Positions 1-14,557 of a DNA stretch of 64,000 nt are shown here, piece after piece. Source of the DNA: the human T2T-CHM13v2.0 reference genome, Homo sapiens; assembly GCF_009914755.1 (NCBI RefSeq), contig NC_060926.1, one strand, 5' to 3'. The translations under genes were made by a program, and so were the position numbers. The notes beneath the pieces were generated by a model that was not told the DNA's origin, did no database searches, and saw nothing but the letters and a program-made list of their open reading frames with translations. Position 1 is the stretch's first letter; each line of letters starts with the position of its first letter.

Positions 1-599
1 ATACTCCATGTTAAGTACAATTCTAGAAGTTTAGGCTATAACTCCACCCCCTTGTTTCTCATTCCAATAGGAAATATACTAAAATATACTGGGGAAAAAA
101 GTAAGAGTAGAATTAGCAAAGAGGGAAACTTGAATCCACTCCAGTTTTTTTGTCTTGTGCAAATGTGAGTACTGCATTTCTAGTAGCAAACTGCTTGCAG
201 CATACCTGTGTGCCAGTATACCATGGGTGAGCGAGCTTTGCCTTAGCTAACTTCCTTTACTAACCCTCTCACCCCACACTAATTCCATTCCCTACACTAT
301 TGTCATAGTAAGTGGTTTCTATTATATAGACTTTACCCTGTGCCCTGAATTTTCTATGAGACAAAATACAACTCCCATTAGCTTGGCGTTCAAGATCTTT
401 TAGACCTATCCTTTTCAGCTTTTTCAGGCTTTCCTTTTTATATACTCCACCAGACATACGTCTCTTGAAACAACAAAATAATGGTATTTTCCACCTCCCA
501 TTTCTCCCTTTCCTGTCTCTCCTCACTCCACAAGAGTCTGCCTTAAGCTCCAGACCCTCCCCTGAATGTACCCTCAAATATGGGCACCCACGACCTATA

Positions 600-1400
600 T
601 ACTCCTAAATCCATTGGGCATTTTTCACTTAGTAGCAATGAACACGTTGAGCACTTCCTTTCCTCCTAATTCTTTGGCTTCTCCTTTATTAATCTCCTTT
701 TCTGGCGATTTTTCTTCTATTTATAGTTCAATATTCTGCCCCCAGGACTCTTTCCTGAGCAGTTTTCTTTTCTTCAATTCTCTTTACGTTCTACAAACTC
801 TCTTTGGGAAATCCACACTACTCTTTACGGTTCCAATTACTATCTATGTGCAAGTGCCAAATAATCCTCTATTTCTAAGCTTACCTCTTTCCTGAACCCT
901 ATATATACAATTGCTCATAAGACTTTCCAACTTAAGGGTCTTGTGCATGATATAAACATAGTGTTTTCAGAAGGGAATTCCTCATCCTCCAACCCTCCCT
1001 AGTCAACCTCTTTTTCATTAAAGTTGCACACCTGTATAAATGACACCACTCACCCAATTTCTTCAGTGAGAATTGAGGAGATATATTTGACCTCTCCCAC
1101 TATTTTTGACCCCTACAACTAGTTACCATATCTTGTTGATTATATCTCACAAATATCTCTAAAATTCATCACATAATGACAATCCATTGCAGCCATCTTA
1201 CCCCAGACTGCCATCATCTCTTACCTAAATTAATTAATCACTTGGCTCCAATGTTGTCCCACATGAACCCATCCTGCTCTAGGCTCATCTATTTTTCTTC
1301 AAATCTGATAATTTAACCCCCTAACTTAAAACCCTTCAAGATAAAGTTCAATTATCTTGAACTTTGATTATCACTTTTAAGGCTTTCTAAGATCTAGTTC
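600..1400 (+). mobile_element. Degraded L2 LINE fragment(s), boundaries approximate
   Basis: Pyrimidine-rich sequence resembling the L2 3' region (e.g. taaatgacaccactcacccaatt, ccagactgccatcatctcttaccta). Confidence 0.5.
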
Positions 1401-1425
1401 TGGCCCCCACTACCAGCCCAGATGA

Positions 1426-1789
<364 letters not shown>

Positions 1790-4644
1790 TCTTGTGTCTC
1801 TTTTTGTCTCTGTTTTGCTCACATTGAATGCTCTCTTGTCCCTACCCCTTTTTCTATGCCTGGCTCAATCTATTTCAGAGTTCCTATTCTCTAGGATTGA
1901 TCGTATACTCCACTGTAGATTTCCAAGGTCTTAATACTTTCCATACCATAACATATATTTCTTTACTAGAAGCCCTCTTATCTCATATGATTGCTAATAT
2001 TAAAATAGACTCAAATCTAAGAAGCATAAGATATTTACATTTCTTAAACATTTATTTTAATATAATACAGTTATACATTCATTCCCCTATTTTTTAATTT
2101 AAGGATATAGCCTTTAATTTGGAAACAGGTCCATTGACTGAAGATCCATACAATCTTTCTTTACTATAGTGTACCATCCATAATTTCTAATTTCACTATC
2201 TTTAAACTAAAAAAACACATTTGCAAGCCAATCTAAATATGAACTTTCTGGATTATTAAGTGTTTTTTTTTTCTGAGTCTTTGCTCATTGTATTTCCTCC
2301 ACCTAATTTCATAGGAAAGTTTTTAGCAATTCTCCTTTATTGAGTCTTTCCAAAAAATTCAAGTTAATTTTCAAAGAAGCAACTCTCTCATTTTATACTC
2401 TATTTCATTGAATTATGGAAGCAATGTTATTTTTATTACATGGTTATAATACGAAGTCAACTGGCAATGGTTTGGGAATAAACACAACTAATTCTTGGCA
2501 AGCATGCAACGGCACCAATGAGAAAAATGTGTAGGCTTACTGGAGCGTCATCTACTGGCTGTGAGCTTTCACTGAGCCCTGAATATTAATCAGAGTGTTT
2601 TGCAAAGGAAATTGATAATATTGGTTAATTTGCCAAGTCAGTTAAATGGAGATCTATTAAGAGCACTTCTCTTAACATAGCTGCCTCTCTTTCACATTGA
2701 CTATAAGCACTGTGATAACAGAAGAAATACGCATGTCTTAGAAACAACCATCTCTTTTGTATTCATCCCTACTTTCACTACCATGTACTGGGCACACAAT
2801 AAATATTTGCTGAAGGAATAAAGAAATGAGTGAATGAATATATTAAGAAATATCTAAAATAATTACATCCTTCCTCCACTGTAGCTCAAGTGTCAATGCT
2901 TAATACTGCTTGATTTTCCTGAATGATTTCTCTATCCCCCAAAGTAAAATGTGTAATTTCCCTTTTTCCGACTCCAATGTTCCTGCACTTACTGCCAACA
3001 TACCACTTTAAAATACTCTAACATCTGATTTTTTTATTTCCCATTACATATCTATTACATATCTCTTGAAGACAAGAAATCATTTGTATTTTTATATCTT
3101 GTTTTCAATATTTAAATGACACATGCTATTTCCATTCCCAAATTAATTGATAAATACATGAATAAATAAAATAGCTGTGCCATATAGTTATCCTTGATAT
3201 CACTCTAGATGAGGAAACTGAGGCTGGAAAGATTAAACAGCTTAAGTAATATTAACAAAGCAAATAACTCTTGGGACCTCCTTGCTCTGTGTATGTCAAA
3301 GCTCATGCTCTCTTTCAACTCCATTACATCTCTTTGAATCAGCTAGTAAGATGAAACCTCTTCTAGGAAGTAAAGACTTCCTGGCCCCAATCAATTCTTT
3401 TTACTTGCCACCTGCTTGTGAATATTAATATTGCTTTCGCTGGATTTTAAAAAGTAGACTCCTAGGTAAACAGCAAACAAGAGAGGCAGAGGCCAGAATG
3501 CTCAGAAAAAAGGATACAAACTGGCGCAATAAGGATTATATGGTCTGAAGCAGAGGTATGTGGAAGCTGAGGTGGGAAAGTGATGGTAAAGCAAACCAGA
3601 CCCAAGGATATTGGTTTATCTTATGGCAATACTTAACCCATGGAATGAGAACATTTGTATGAATTATCCATGCCATTGTTTTCCTCCATATAAGATATCA
3701 TATTTCCCATACGTGGTTTGGAGAGACTTCCTGGAGTAGATCGATTCCAAGTGTATCTTGAATGGTAGGGAAAATATGGCTTAGTGTTTGGAAAAAGGGA
3801 TCTAATTTGCAGACTTCAAGGCCAGTGAGATTGAAGGAGCTGATTCAAATAAAAAATAGGCATACTTGAAGCAAGAACAAGCCATTGTGATGTTATAGTG
3901 AAGAGTAGAGAAACCCCATAGAATCATGAGAAGGACAGAACATCTTTTTGTTAATTATTTTCCTGGACCTCCAACTCCATACCACTGACCATCACATTCA
4001 TCTTTAGTTTTATCCAAATTAGATTGGCTAATTTTCATCTGAGTTCTTCAGACATCATATCTTGTGCCGAATATCTTAGCTCTCAAATTCCTAACTTCCT
4101 ATTTTAGAAAATTCAGACCAAAATCAATTCTCTAGTTTTCCAAACACTTGTTACTGATTTTCTTTCCATACACTTAATAATGTAGAGGTTCAACAACTTA
4201 GTGCGTTGCATCACATATTAATTGTCTTCTATATCATCTCATTGAAATGCATCCAGGACATACTATTATTCTTCCCACCTCTATTCATTTTTTTTGGTTT
4301 TATTTGGCAAGGAAATAAGGCCCTATAGCTACTTTATTCAAAATCATTATCTCTGCAACATAATTTCTTTTGTTTATTTTTCTTATTTTAGTATTTATAA
4401 ATTCTCTTACTGTTCCACAAGTTCAGTGGGGCAGTGGTCTAACTTTTCCAACTATCAAATCACTTTAACACAAACTTACTTTCTCCTACAACTGAATTGG
4501 CTATCTTTACTGAAAAATTATAAATATGAAATCATATAAAAACATAAAAAATAATAATTTAAATGATATTTTATAATTATATATTATAATAATTTATAAT
4601 ATAAATAATTTATATACCTTATTTCAATGTACATATAAATCTTT

Positions 4645-4850
4645 GTATTTGAATCCCTGGTCCATCACTTGTTAACTCCACAGCTTTAGGCAAGGCCGTT
4701 AAACCCTTTGAAGTCTCTTGTTATTCCATCTAGAAAATATGGGTGACAATGGAATTTCCATCATAGCTTTGAAGATGAAATAAGAAAAACATGGAAATTA
4801 TTATAGTGACTACCACATAACAAGGCAATAAAAGGTAGCTGTGGTTATTG
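4645..4850. mobile_element. MIR fragment
   Basis: tttgaatccctggtccatcactt...ttaggcaag...ccatctagaaaatatgggtgacaat resembles the MIR core. Confidence 0.5.
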
Positions 4851-4889
4851 TTATAAAGCAGGAGTATTTATATAGTTCAATGTAATTAT

Positions 4890-5195
4890 TAGGATAGACC
4901 ATAGATCTGCTTTTGAGCCCTTGAAATGTAGCCCAAATTGAGATATGCTATAAATGTAAAATACACACTGGGTTTCAAAGACCTAGTATAAAAAACAAAG
5001 AAGGTAAAGTATATCACTAATAAGTTTTTACATGCATACATGTTGAAATGATATTTTAGATATATTGGATTAAATTAAATATGTTAAAATTAATTTTGTA
5101 TGTTTTAAATATTTTTAAAATGGCCACTAGAAAAATTAATTACACATGCAGCTTGTATTTGTGGTACACATTATATTTCTACTGTACAGTACTGC
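4890..5195. mobile_element. MER33-like hAT-Charlie DNA transposon relic
   Basis: ttgaaatgtagc...aattgagatatgctataaatgtaaaatacacactgg...tggccactagaaaa...ttatatttctactgtacagtactg matches recalled MER33. Confidence 0.65.
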
Positions 5196-6387
5196 TATAA
5201 ATAATAATAATTATAAACCCATGAGTGGGTTTAGTTTTACTTAGAAATCTTGTCATAAATTTTCTCTCATGTGAAATGTTGTCACCCATAATGAACTCTT
5301 ATAAATTCTTATATAGACATGTAAAATATTTTGAAATATTTTATTATAGGATATATAGAAGATATTCTCAGGATTATTAATTTGTAATGACATATTAATA
5401 TATTATAATTTGATATAAAGGCTCTTTTTATATCATATTTGCAAGATGTCTTCCTTATGTAGGCTGTGAAAAAAATAAAGATTTACTTGGGTATCATATA
5501 TTTATACACCCAGTTAATTTACAAATGTGAGGGTAACTGAAGACCTGTATGATAATAGATGGGAAAACTTAGTTAATTTTGCTAAAAGGAATGCAGTTTA
5601 CCAGAAGATCAGTAATAGATTGTGGTTAAAAAGTGGTCCTAGAGAAGCCTGTGTAAGTAAAAGACATTGTCTAAAAGCTGTGTGGGGATATAGGGTTGTT
5701 CTATAACTGTACATCCTGCCTCTCAGTGTGACCTTGAGCATCATGGACTATGACGAAACCCTAGTTTCTAGCCATGTGACCAACTAGTTGTTAAGAAAAC
5801 AGGCTTGTATAAATAAATTCACCCAAAGATTCATGCTGAAGGCCTCAGATTCCATTTCTATAAATTGAGATGCTCTCTGATAACCTCCAGCTCAAAAGGA
5901 GATGATAATACATGACACATTCAAACAGGTAAGTGGAAATATATCCCTACTTTTTACATTTGTATATGCCACATTTATAAAGAGAATAACTTTAAGTATT
6001 ACTTTACCCTATACCTCACAAAAAAAAAAACAAGAAACTGTCTGAACATTTATGACAGAAAAGACATATGCCTAGATTCCTCAGACCCCTGCTGAGGTAT
6101 TCAGGGACTCTCTGGACAAAGCTGTGCTCAGCGGAAGTTTGGGCTCTCTGGTTCTGGTCTTTGTTTCTGTTTCTAATACACATTCATACTAAAAGGAACT
6201 GAAAATTGAGGTACAGTTCTCTTAAAATTACTCTGTACCCTGATTTCCACCTAAGTCTTTAGTTGTCTTTCTGAAAACTTCCCAGTACAATTTTAGAATC
6301 TCTCTTCAATACCCCTGTTTCCATGAGTCTATTCTTTACCACCCAAACCTTCTCCTACTAGGAGTCCCAGGTAACTTGTACCTCTGG

Positions 6388-6700
<313 letters not shown>

Positions 6701-6915
6701 AGTACCTATATTTTGACCCTCGGTGACAGCTTTTCTTTATACTAATTTTCATATGAATCTTATTCCTTCTACTGAAGGAATTCCTTGGTATAACTTTTCT
6801 TATACTTTACAAACGCCATGAGTTTGACTTTAACGTTTTCTATTTTGGTGTACTCTCCCTAGTTGATCTCCTCAAATCTGTAGCTTCAATTACCATAAAT
6901 ATACATATGTATATA

Positions 6916-7298
6916 TAGTCATACCTTGTATAACAGCATTTTAGTCAACAACAGACCACATATAGGATGGTGGTCTCATAAGATTATAATAGAGCTGAAA
7001 AATTCCTATTGCCTAGTGATCTGTATCACAATTGACCACTGTATTCCATATAGTAATGCTTAAGTTCTCACTAAGAGGCAGGTTATACAGTTATAGAACA
7101 ACCCTATATCCCCACACAGCTTTTAGACAATCTCTTTTATTTATATAGGCATCTCTAGGACCACTATTTTGTACAATTTTGTAGCCTAGGAGCAGTAGGT
7201 TATAGTATCTAGGTTTGCATGAGAACTACATACATACTCTGTACTGTTTACACTGAAATTGCCTAACAACATCCCTGTCGTTAAGCAACACATGACTG
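6916..7298. mobile_element. Tigger3/MER47-type Tc1-mariner DNA transposon relic
   Basis: Ends tagtcat...ataacagcattttagtcaacaacagaccacatat and gcctaacaac...gtcgttaagcaacacatgactg; flanked by TA dinucleotides. Confidence 0.8.
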
Positions 7299-7308
7299 TA
7301 TATGCATT

Positions 7309-7310
<2 letters not shown>

Positions 7311-7350
<40 letters not shown>
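7311..7350. repeat. (TG)20 microsatellite
   Basis: Direct reading. Confidence 0.98.
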
Positions 7351-7351
<1 letters not shown>

Positions 7352-8413
7352 TCTAAGCCCAGATCTTTCTCCTGATATTAACCTGGTATCTCTAATTTCC
7401 TACTAGATATCTTTACTTGAATGTGATACTGGTATTTCACACTCAACAGGTTCAGCATGTTCATCACCTTTCTACTCCTTAAATCTATGTTTCCCCTTGT
7501 GTTTTTTGATGTGAGTAAATGGCACCACCATGCACCTAACCTTCCCAGTCGGAAACCAGGATATCATCCTTAATTAACCCCCCTTCCTCACTACCGACAT
7601 ACATCCAGCACAGAGCAGTCCAGTACTTTCCACCTTTTGAATATCTTTGGAATCTGTATCTCTCCATTTCCAGACCACTCCCATAGCACAAACCACGATT
7701 ATCTTTTTCTAGGATTTCTGCAGCAGCTTCTACTTCCAGTCTGGCATCCCTCCAATCTCATCTCATATTGAAGCCCAAACAATTTTGCAAATCTAATCAT
7801 ATCACTTCCAAATAGAGCCTCCATTGGTCCTTGTTTCCCTTGGTATAAATTCAAATTCCTTGATTTTGAAAAACAAAGCCCTAACATGCAACTCTACTCA
7901 ACTCTCCAATTTCATCTCTTGTTCCCATCTTACACTCAAGCCATACTGAACACTCAATTCTCTGAATGGAACCATTCATATTTATTCACTCTCTGTTTCT
8001 GTCATTGTTTCTCTTGGACTCTTCTTGTCTTTCCCTGTCTGCCCCACTGTCTCTTCCAGGACTTTGTAGATGTCTTTCCTCTGCTTAGAACATGTTTTCC
8101 ATTTTCCCATTTCATCTTTCCCTCTTTGTGAAATTTACTTTTGTTTATCTTTTTGAACTCAGCTTAGTTGTGACTTCTACCAGGACATATTTTTCTTAGT
8201 CTCAGGCTGAATTAGGTTCCCCACCCATTTGTTTCCACAGTATATTTCTTTCATATTTATGGTAATAATTACCGTGTTTTATGATGCCTAATTATTTGTT
8301 TGCTTCCTCACTGTAAGATTTTTGTATCCTTGAATACAGGGATTGTGTCTTATTCAATATTATGTGCTAAGCACCTAGACCAGCACATTGGAAGTACCGA
8401 ATAAATGAATGAA
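7351..8413 (+). mobile_element. L2 LINE 3' fragment
   Basis: gtaaatggcaccaccatgcaccta..., ending in the L2-type tail gaataaatgaatgaa. Confidence 0.7.
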
Positions 8414-9486
8414 CTTCCTACAGTATTTAGTCAAGGGGCTTGCATGCAATAAATACTCTACTTCCTAAATTTTAGATAATTTTTTTTGTGGACACTGTAA
8501 CAGGAACCAGTCATTCAGAAAGAAAGAGGTAGTATCGAAAGAAAGGACAAAACTTATGATCTACCCAATTTTCCAAGTAGACTCAAATTTAATGTTGAGA
8601 TATAAATCATCTGCACATTCTATCCTTGTCTCATCCTACAGGCTAATTCTGCAGACTTTACTTAAATTTCTCCAAGAACACAAAGTGGCCTTGCTAGGAA
8701 TCCCAAAATAAATAATGTCGCTGAGCCAGAATCCTAGAAAGAATATGTGGATACGTCCTTTCCTACTTGTCTTTTATTCCTCTAGTACTATTTATCAGGT
8801 AACGTTTTCAGGGTTCTCAAAAGAAAAAAAGCAAAAACCTTATATCTTTAAAGGATAATATTTTACTCCCTTCACCTTGAACTTAGGTTTAAATTAAAAT
8901 TAGGTTGAATTTAGATTTAAATTTAGGTTTTAAAATGTGTACATTCTTTCATAATCTTGAGATACTCTGTTTTATATTACTCAATAAAATGATAAGGTTA
9001 TTTTTTACACTTAGGCCCATTATAGTTTTATAGTAAAATATTCAAAGGCCTTGCTGTCATGAAAGGTTTTGCTACACATAAATCAGGCCTGCTTGGTACA
9101 TAGTGATAAATGTGGTAAGATAAGTCATTCACTCTTACTGTCATTCAGATGGCCAATGATGGAGCTGTCCTTGTTTCTCCAAATAAGTTTTATTATGGAG
9201 TTCTGCCATAATAGTCTGGACAAACAGAATGAATTTAGGTCTCATAGACCAAAACAAATTTAGAAGTGTAAAACAGTCACTGGGCCAATTCTCCCAACTA
9301 TGGCATTTGTAATTTACATGGTCTCAAAATATTGAAAATTAGTCTTACAAATAAAAAAAAAGTACAAAAAAAAGGCTTTGCTTCTAAGAAATACGAGGGT
9401 TACTTATAACCCAGCATACAGAGAACTAAAGAACAAACAGCAGATAAATAGAAATGAAAAGTCTGCAGATTTAAAACATAGCAAGT

Positions 9487-9807
<321 letters not shown>

Positions 9808-12512
9808 AAACATAGCAAGTAAATAAATTATACTACTTTTTCCCTAACCCTGTGATGGTGTATTATTATAGGTGACACTTGCTGTCCAGTGGCAGGTTGA
9901 CAGGTTGCCATTACTAATACATGATACTTGGATGTGCCTAATTACCATGGGACACTAGTATTGCCCAAAGCTACTTCTAAACTTCCATGTGATGACTAAT
10001 AATTGTACTTGGGTTATACACACATTGGAAATGTGGCTGGCAAGACCTACTGATACTCATATGAACCATGTGAGTACAGAAAGGAAAATACATACCCTTC
10101 ATTATCTTGTTCATTTCTGGGAGTTCTCAAGTGCTTCTTTTTTTTGAACTGGGCTGAACATGCCATGTTTATATTCTAAGAGTCAGATAAAGGAGTATAA
10201 TATAATTAACCCAAACATACAGAGTATCCTAACATACTTATGACAGATTGCTCATTAAAAAATCCCACATCATTAAGATAATCTACACTGATGGAAGGAC
10301 ATGTTAGTACTTTTTTTATATAGCTCAAACTCACCACACCATATCAAGCTCTTTAGTGTTAAGATTTTGTTTTCTATAGATTAGAAACTATGAACCAGGA
10401 TAAATTAATCATTCAAAATATGTTAACACAAATGGGCATTTAGTTAAAGCTGAGAGATATCATATTGAATATGGTGGCTAGTCTCTCAATATGATGCTTA
10501 ATCATAATTTTTAAGAGTCAAAAAGACTTTTTTTCTAATTAGAGCAGACAATGTGTCAGCATACTGTAGTTCGAATTGACTATATTATTGTGCACTCATT
10601 TTTGGAATTTCAAGTAAAAACAAGAAAAAGCATAAGGGATCTAATACAGAGCTCATCTGTATTTCAGAAGAATTAGGTCATGACCCATTTCATATCTTAA
10701 AGACCCAAGAAAGCTACTTGAATTCTTCAAGGCAAATAAAGAATAAATTCTTTCCTTTACCCTTGCCTGTAGCAGAATTTTTCTCATGCTTGTTATGTGA
10801 TCAAGTGATCACTTTCTTAGCTATAATCAGACTTGTCAAGACATTAAAGAAGAAAGCAGCAGACTCTGGGCTTCTACTTGCAGCTTGGAAAACGTATTAG
10901 TGTTATGGTATAGCCAAACTCCCATATTTGTTAGGATGACTAAAAAGTAATTTGGCTAAGAGCTTGGAAAAACATGAGTCATTTGCTGCCCCAGTTTCTT
11001 TTTTCCCCTTGAGTGTCATCAAATGATAGTAACATATATGCATGTTACAATCTGATACAAATAAAGAAACAAACAGCGAAGGGAGGTGGGGTGGGGAGGG
11101 GCTGTGCAGAGGGGTGGGGTGAGGAGGAGTGGGGAGACAAAGAATAGACTGTTTGAAGGCCAAAAAAATGTTATTTACTTACATTGGAGAAGTAAGAGAA
11201 GGAGAACATAGTGCTAGGTGTCACTACAGCAACCATCCCTTGAAGACTGGGGAAACTTGTCTTGGCTTTGACCAAATGGTAGTACATGTCTCATTCCTAA
11301 GGATAGACAACATAAGGTTGGATTTTACCATAAATATATCACTCATTTCACAAGAACAGAGTTGGGGTTGAGGTGAATCTTGATATTGCTCTATGCTACA
11401 GAATTGACATCAAAGAGATAAATTAGTAATAGGTTTTAGCACCTAAGAAGAATAAGCACAATCTCCAGGCTGCTCATTGAATTTGGAAGACATAATGACA
11501 ATGATATCACTGAAAACACTAGGATATCATTGACAGAACTTCCAGTACCGATAAATTCATAGATTTAATGATGAGTCAGGTGAAGGTTTTCAAATGCAGA
11601 GGAGGCAAAAAACAAAGTATAAATATTAGAAAGTAGATTCTGCAATGAAAGAACTAAGGAAAATTAGTATGGGGATATAGATCTAGTGATTTAAAAAGCG
11701 GCAAAGAATTCGATCAACTCTGAAGGAAATTTTGTAAGTAATCAAAAGCCCACATTTATTTAAATTAGGTCACAAAGGGGTCTTTAGAAGAACCAAGCTA
11801 GGATAATTTATTCATTAAAAAAATTTCTGCAACAATATTTTAATTTCAAATGATTTTTGCCTTGCTACTTAATACTGTATTTCTCAGTCTTAATGACTGT
11901 GCCAGTGAGTTCATTTGGGATAATTCTGTTTAAAAATTAGAAAAGCAAAACATTACTTTTAAAGTATGCCTGCTGATTCTCTTATTAATTGGGTTTATCA
12001 ATAAAATGGTGAATAAACTGGTTTAGAAATTAAAACACTGAACTAAGAATATGTGGAATTAGAGTCTAGTTTTAGCTTTTTCACTGATTGGGGTGCTTAT
12101 GAACAAAATCACAACCAACCTGAATCTGTTTCCTTGCCAATAAAATGAAGATAAAGTATCAGACACCCTACATTTTCCATGAGTGTTTTGAGAGTGAATT
12201 AGATAAAGTCAGGAACAATCGTGCTCATTTGCAAAGTACTTGTAAAAAAGAGGGGTATGGTTAAAACTCACATATTGTGGTTGCATCGAATTTCTCACAT
12301 TGAAAAAGGCTGTGTTTTATTTAGAGTAATCAGAATTGTGACAGGGTCAAGGAGAACAGATAGATGTTAATCAAAGTCTTTTAAGCTTTTATGTCCACAA
12401 AACCAGAACCAATATGTGGGCCCAGGGCATTGATACAAAATGAACTCTGTTGCCATTCCCTCTTAGCCAAATTCTCCTACTTCCTGATCAAGGGATTTCA
12501 CTAAGTACTCCC

Positions 12513-12559
12513 TCCCGGTGGAGACAGTTGATTCTGATCCCGGTGGAGACAGTTGATTC
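12513..12559. repeat. Direct duplication of 22 bp (period 25)
   Basis: tcccggtggagacagttgattc at 12513-12534 and 12538-12559. Confidence 0.95.
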
Positions 12560-14546
12560 CGTCTGGTGAGGTGAAATGACAACACAGTGACTCCTCCCTC
12601 TTCTACCACAGGCTTACCAAAGGCCCAATGAAACCCAACACAAATACCCTTAGGTTACTTCCTTTTTACCTTTGGTTCTTCCTCTTGCTTCTTCACAGAC
12701 ATTCCATTTGGTTTGATGATCAGCTTCATACAGCTCTTCTAAGGATTTCTAGAACAAACAACTCAACACCAATATGGGCAGTATCCATTTGCACTGCTTT
12801 GAGGGATTTGTCCTTTGCCTCACAAATTTCAAGTTAGAAGCACTTGGTCTGATACAAGACAGTTTAGGATTATAAAGCAGCAATAAGAGCAAGAAGAAAA
12901 AGGCTACCACATTCATATTTATCAGACTGAACACATCTTTATTTTCCAGGATCTCCCCCAGGTTTTACCCATTTTTATACGGGATTATGGATGTCCAAAT
13001 AAGTTTGTCTTCTTTGTCGATTTCTCCCATATGCCAGTTAGGCTATTTTATTGAAACCTCTCCCTTGGGTATTGTGCCAAACAGGAGAAAAGTAGGAAAA
13101 TTCAAATTCACCAATTGTTACCTTCACTGGAACCTCTAGTGAGAAGTTAAATAAACACACCAGGAAATTTCAGTAGGGGTGTTAACAAAAAAGGGGATTT
13201 TCCTGGAAGTTTAACGGGTCCATTTGGAACCCCCTAATAGCAGGAGGGAGGGTTGCTAAAATGCTAGATGAAATGCTTTCACCATGTGGTTCACACCCCA
13301 AGAACAGTCTTCTGGCTTGAGCATGCTGATAAAAAGTCTTACAATCATATCAAGATTTAAATTATTTATAATTTCTCTGACCATATTGCAATTGAAAAGT
13401 CAAGAGCATATGGCACATTTTTCAAGAAATCCTTTTCATTTGGCTCCTGTTGATATAATACACCAGGGGAATTTGACATTCCTTGCTGATCTTGAAGGAA
13501 TCCTTTATAAATTTAATACTGGAGGATGATTTGGTAAGTTTTTCTTCTTTTTGCTTTGCTATTTCACTTGCTTCACAACCTCCCCTGCCCAAATTAGGTT
13601 AGTATTTTGAATTATGATACAGTCAAGGCAGGAAAATTTCATTTGAATTTATGGTATTTTTCATTCTGTGTGACACATGGAAGTGAAATTACTGGGGAAT
13701 GTGGTAAGTATCCATGAAATTCTATAAATACATATCAGTGAGGAAAAACTCTAACAGCTATCTCAAATGTGATGGTGGAGTTCAAACTGGCCTGAAGGAT
13801 AGTGGCTAGCTAACACTCAATAAAATGAATTTGCAGTCATATATGCCCTTTTGCATTTCTGGTTATGAAGATGTTTATAACAGAACAAACTTCTCATGGC
13901 AAAAGATAAATTACATTTGTAAAATCTAAGAAACAAAGAGATGTGTATGACTCACGTAGTGATTGTACAACATGAAGCAGAACTGGCAACCAGTTTTTGC
14001 CAGTGTGATTGAACAATCGCTATGACTTCTTAATTTTATCTTTGACTTCTAAGAAATACTGGTTTCTATAGCAGTAGTGTTATTCTAGTAGTGTTATTGA
14101 CCAGATCAGAGCACTCAGACCTCTTGTGTAATTTAAGTGCACTACTATGCTCTTTGGAGTAAGTCACAATTTTCTTTCCTAAGGTCTATTTTCTTATATA
14201 GAAAGGGGATAGGCTCTGATGTACACTCCTCTTTTTTAAAAGTGAAATAAGATATGTATGAAAGCTGTCTAAAGAGCAGAGATGTCATTCTTAACAAATC
14301 ATGTAATACTTTGTTTTCTGCTCTGGTGGACTATATAGTAATGATGGAGATGACTAACGATTGAGATGTAGATTGCAGATATCACATGTATCCAAACCTC
14401 TGGAACTGGAAGTGTGACAAATACACAATGGCAATGATAATTTAAGCCTGGTATAGTCAACAATTTAGTCTTCTGTATTTGGAAGACATGTTTGTGTACA
14501 GAATTTTCACCAGAAAGTTTTTATAGCAAACTTTTTATGTCAGAAG

Positions 14547-14557
14547 TTTATTTTATT
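14547..14557 (-). terminator. Distal polyadenylation signal (overlapping AATAAAATAAA)
   Basis: Plus-strand tttattttatt gives two overlapping AATAAA on the minus strand, at the end of the repeat-free UTR block. Confidence 0.75.

Noticed and set aside
269-895. Two ~100-aa ORFs at the window start
   Set aside because: Low-complexity translations in or next to degraded L2 sequence; no domain or splice support.
5891-5934. Plus-strand mini-exon with perfect CAG|GTAAGT (another such donor at 37552-37560)
   Set aside because: No supporting exon chain or promoter visible; isolated donors occur by chance.
10965-10981. NFAT:AP-1 composite TGGAAAAACATGAGTCA
   Set aside because: Spacing is one base longer than the cooperative GGAAA-N3-TGAGTCA geometry; kept only as an AP-1 site.
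12600-13050. Possible pseudogene or exon in a non-repetitive downstream block
   Set aside because: The translations I examined were short and resembled no protein family I recognise.
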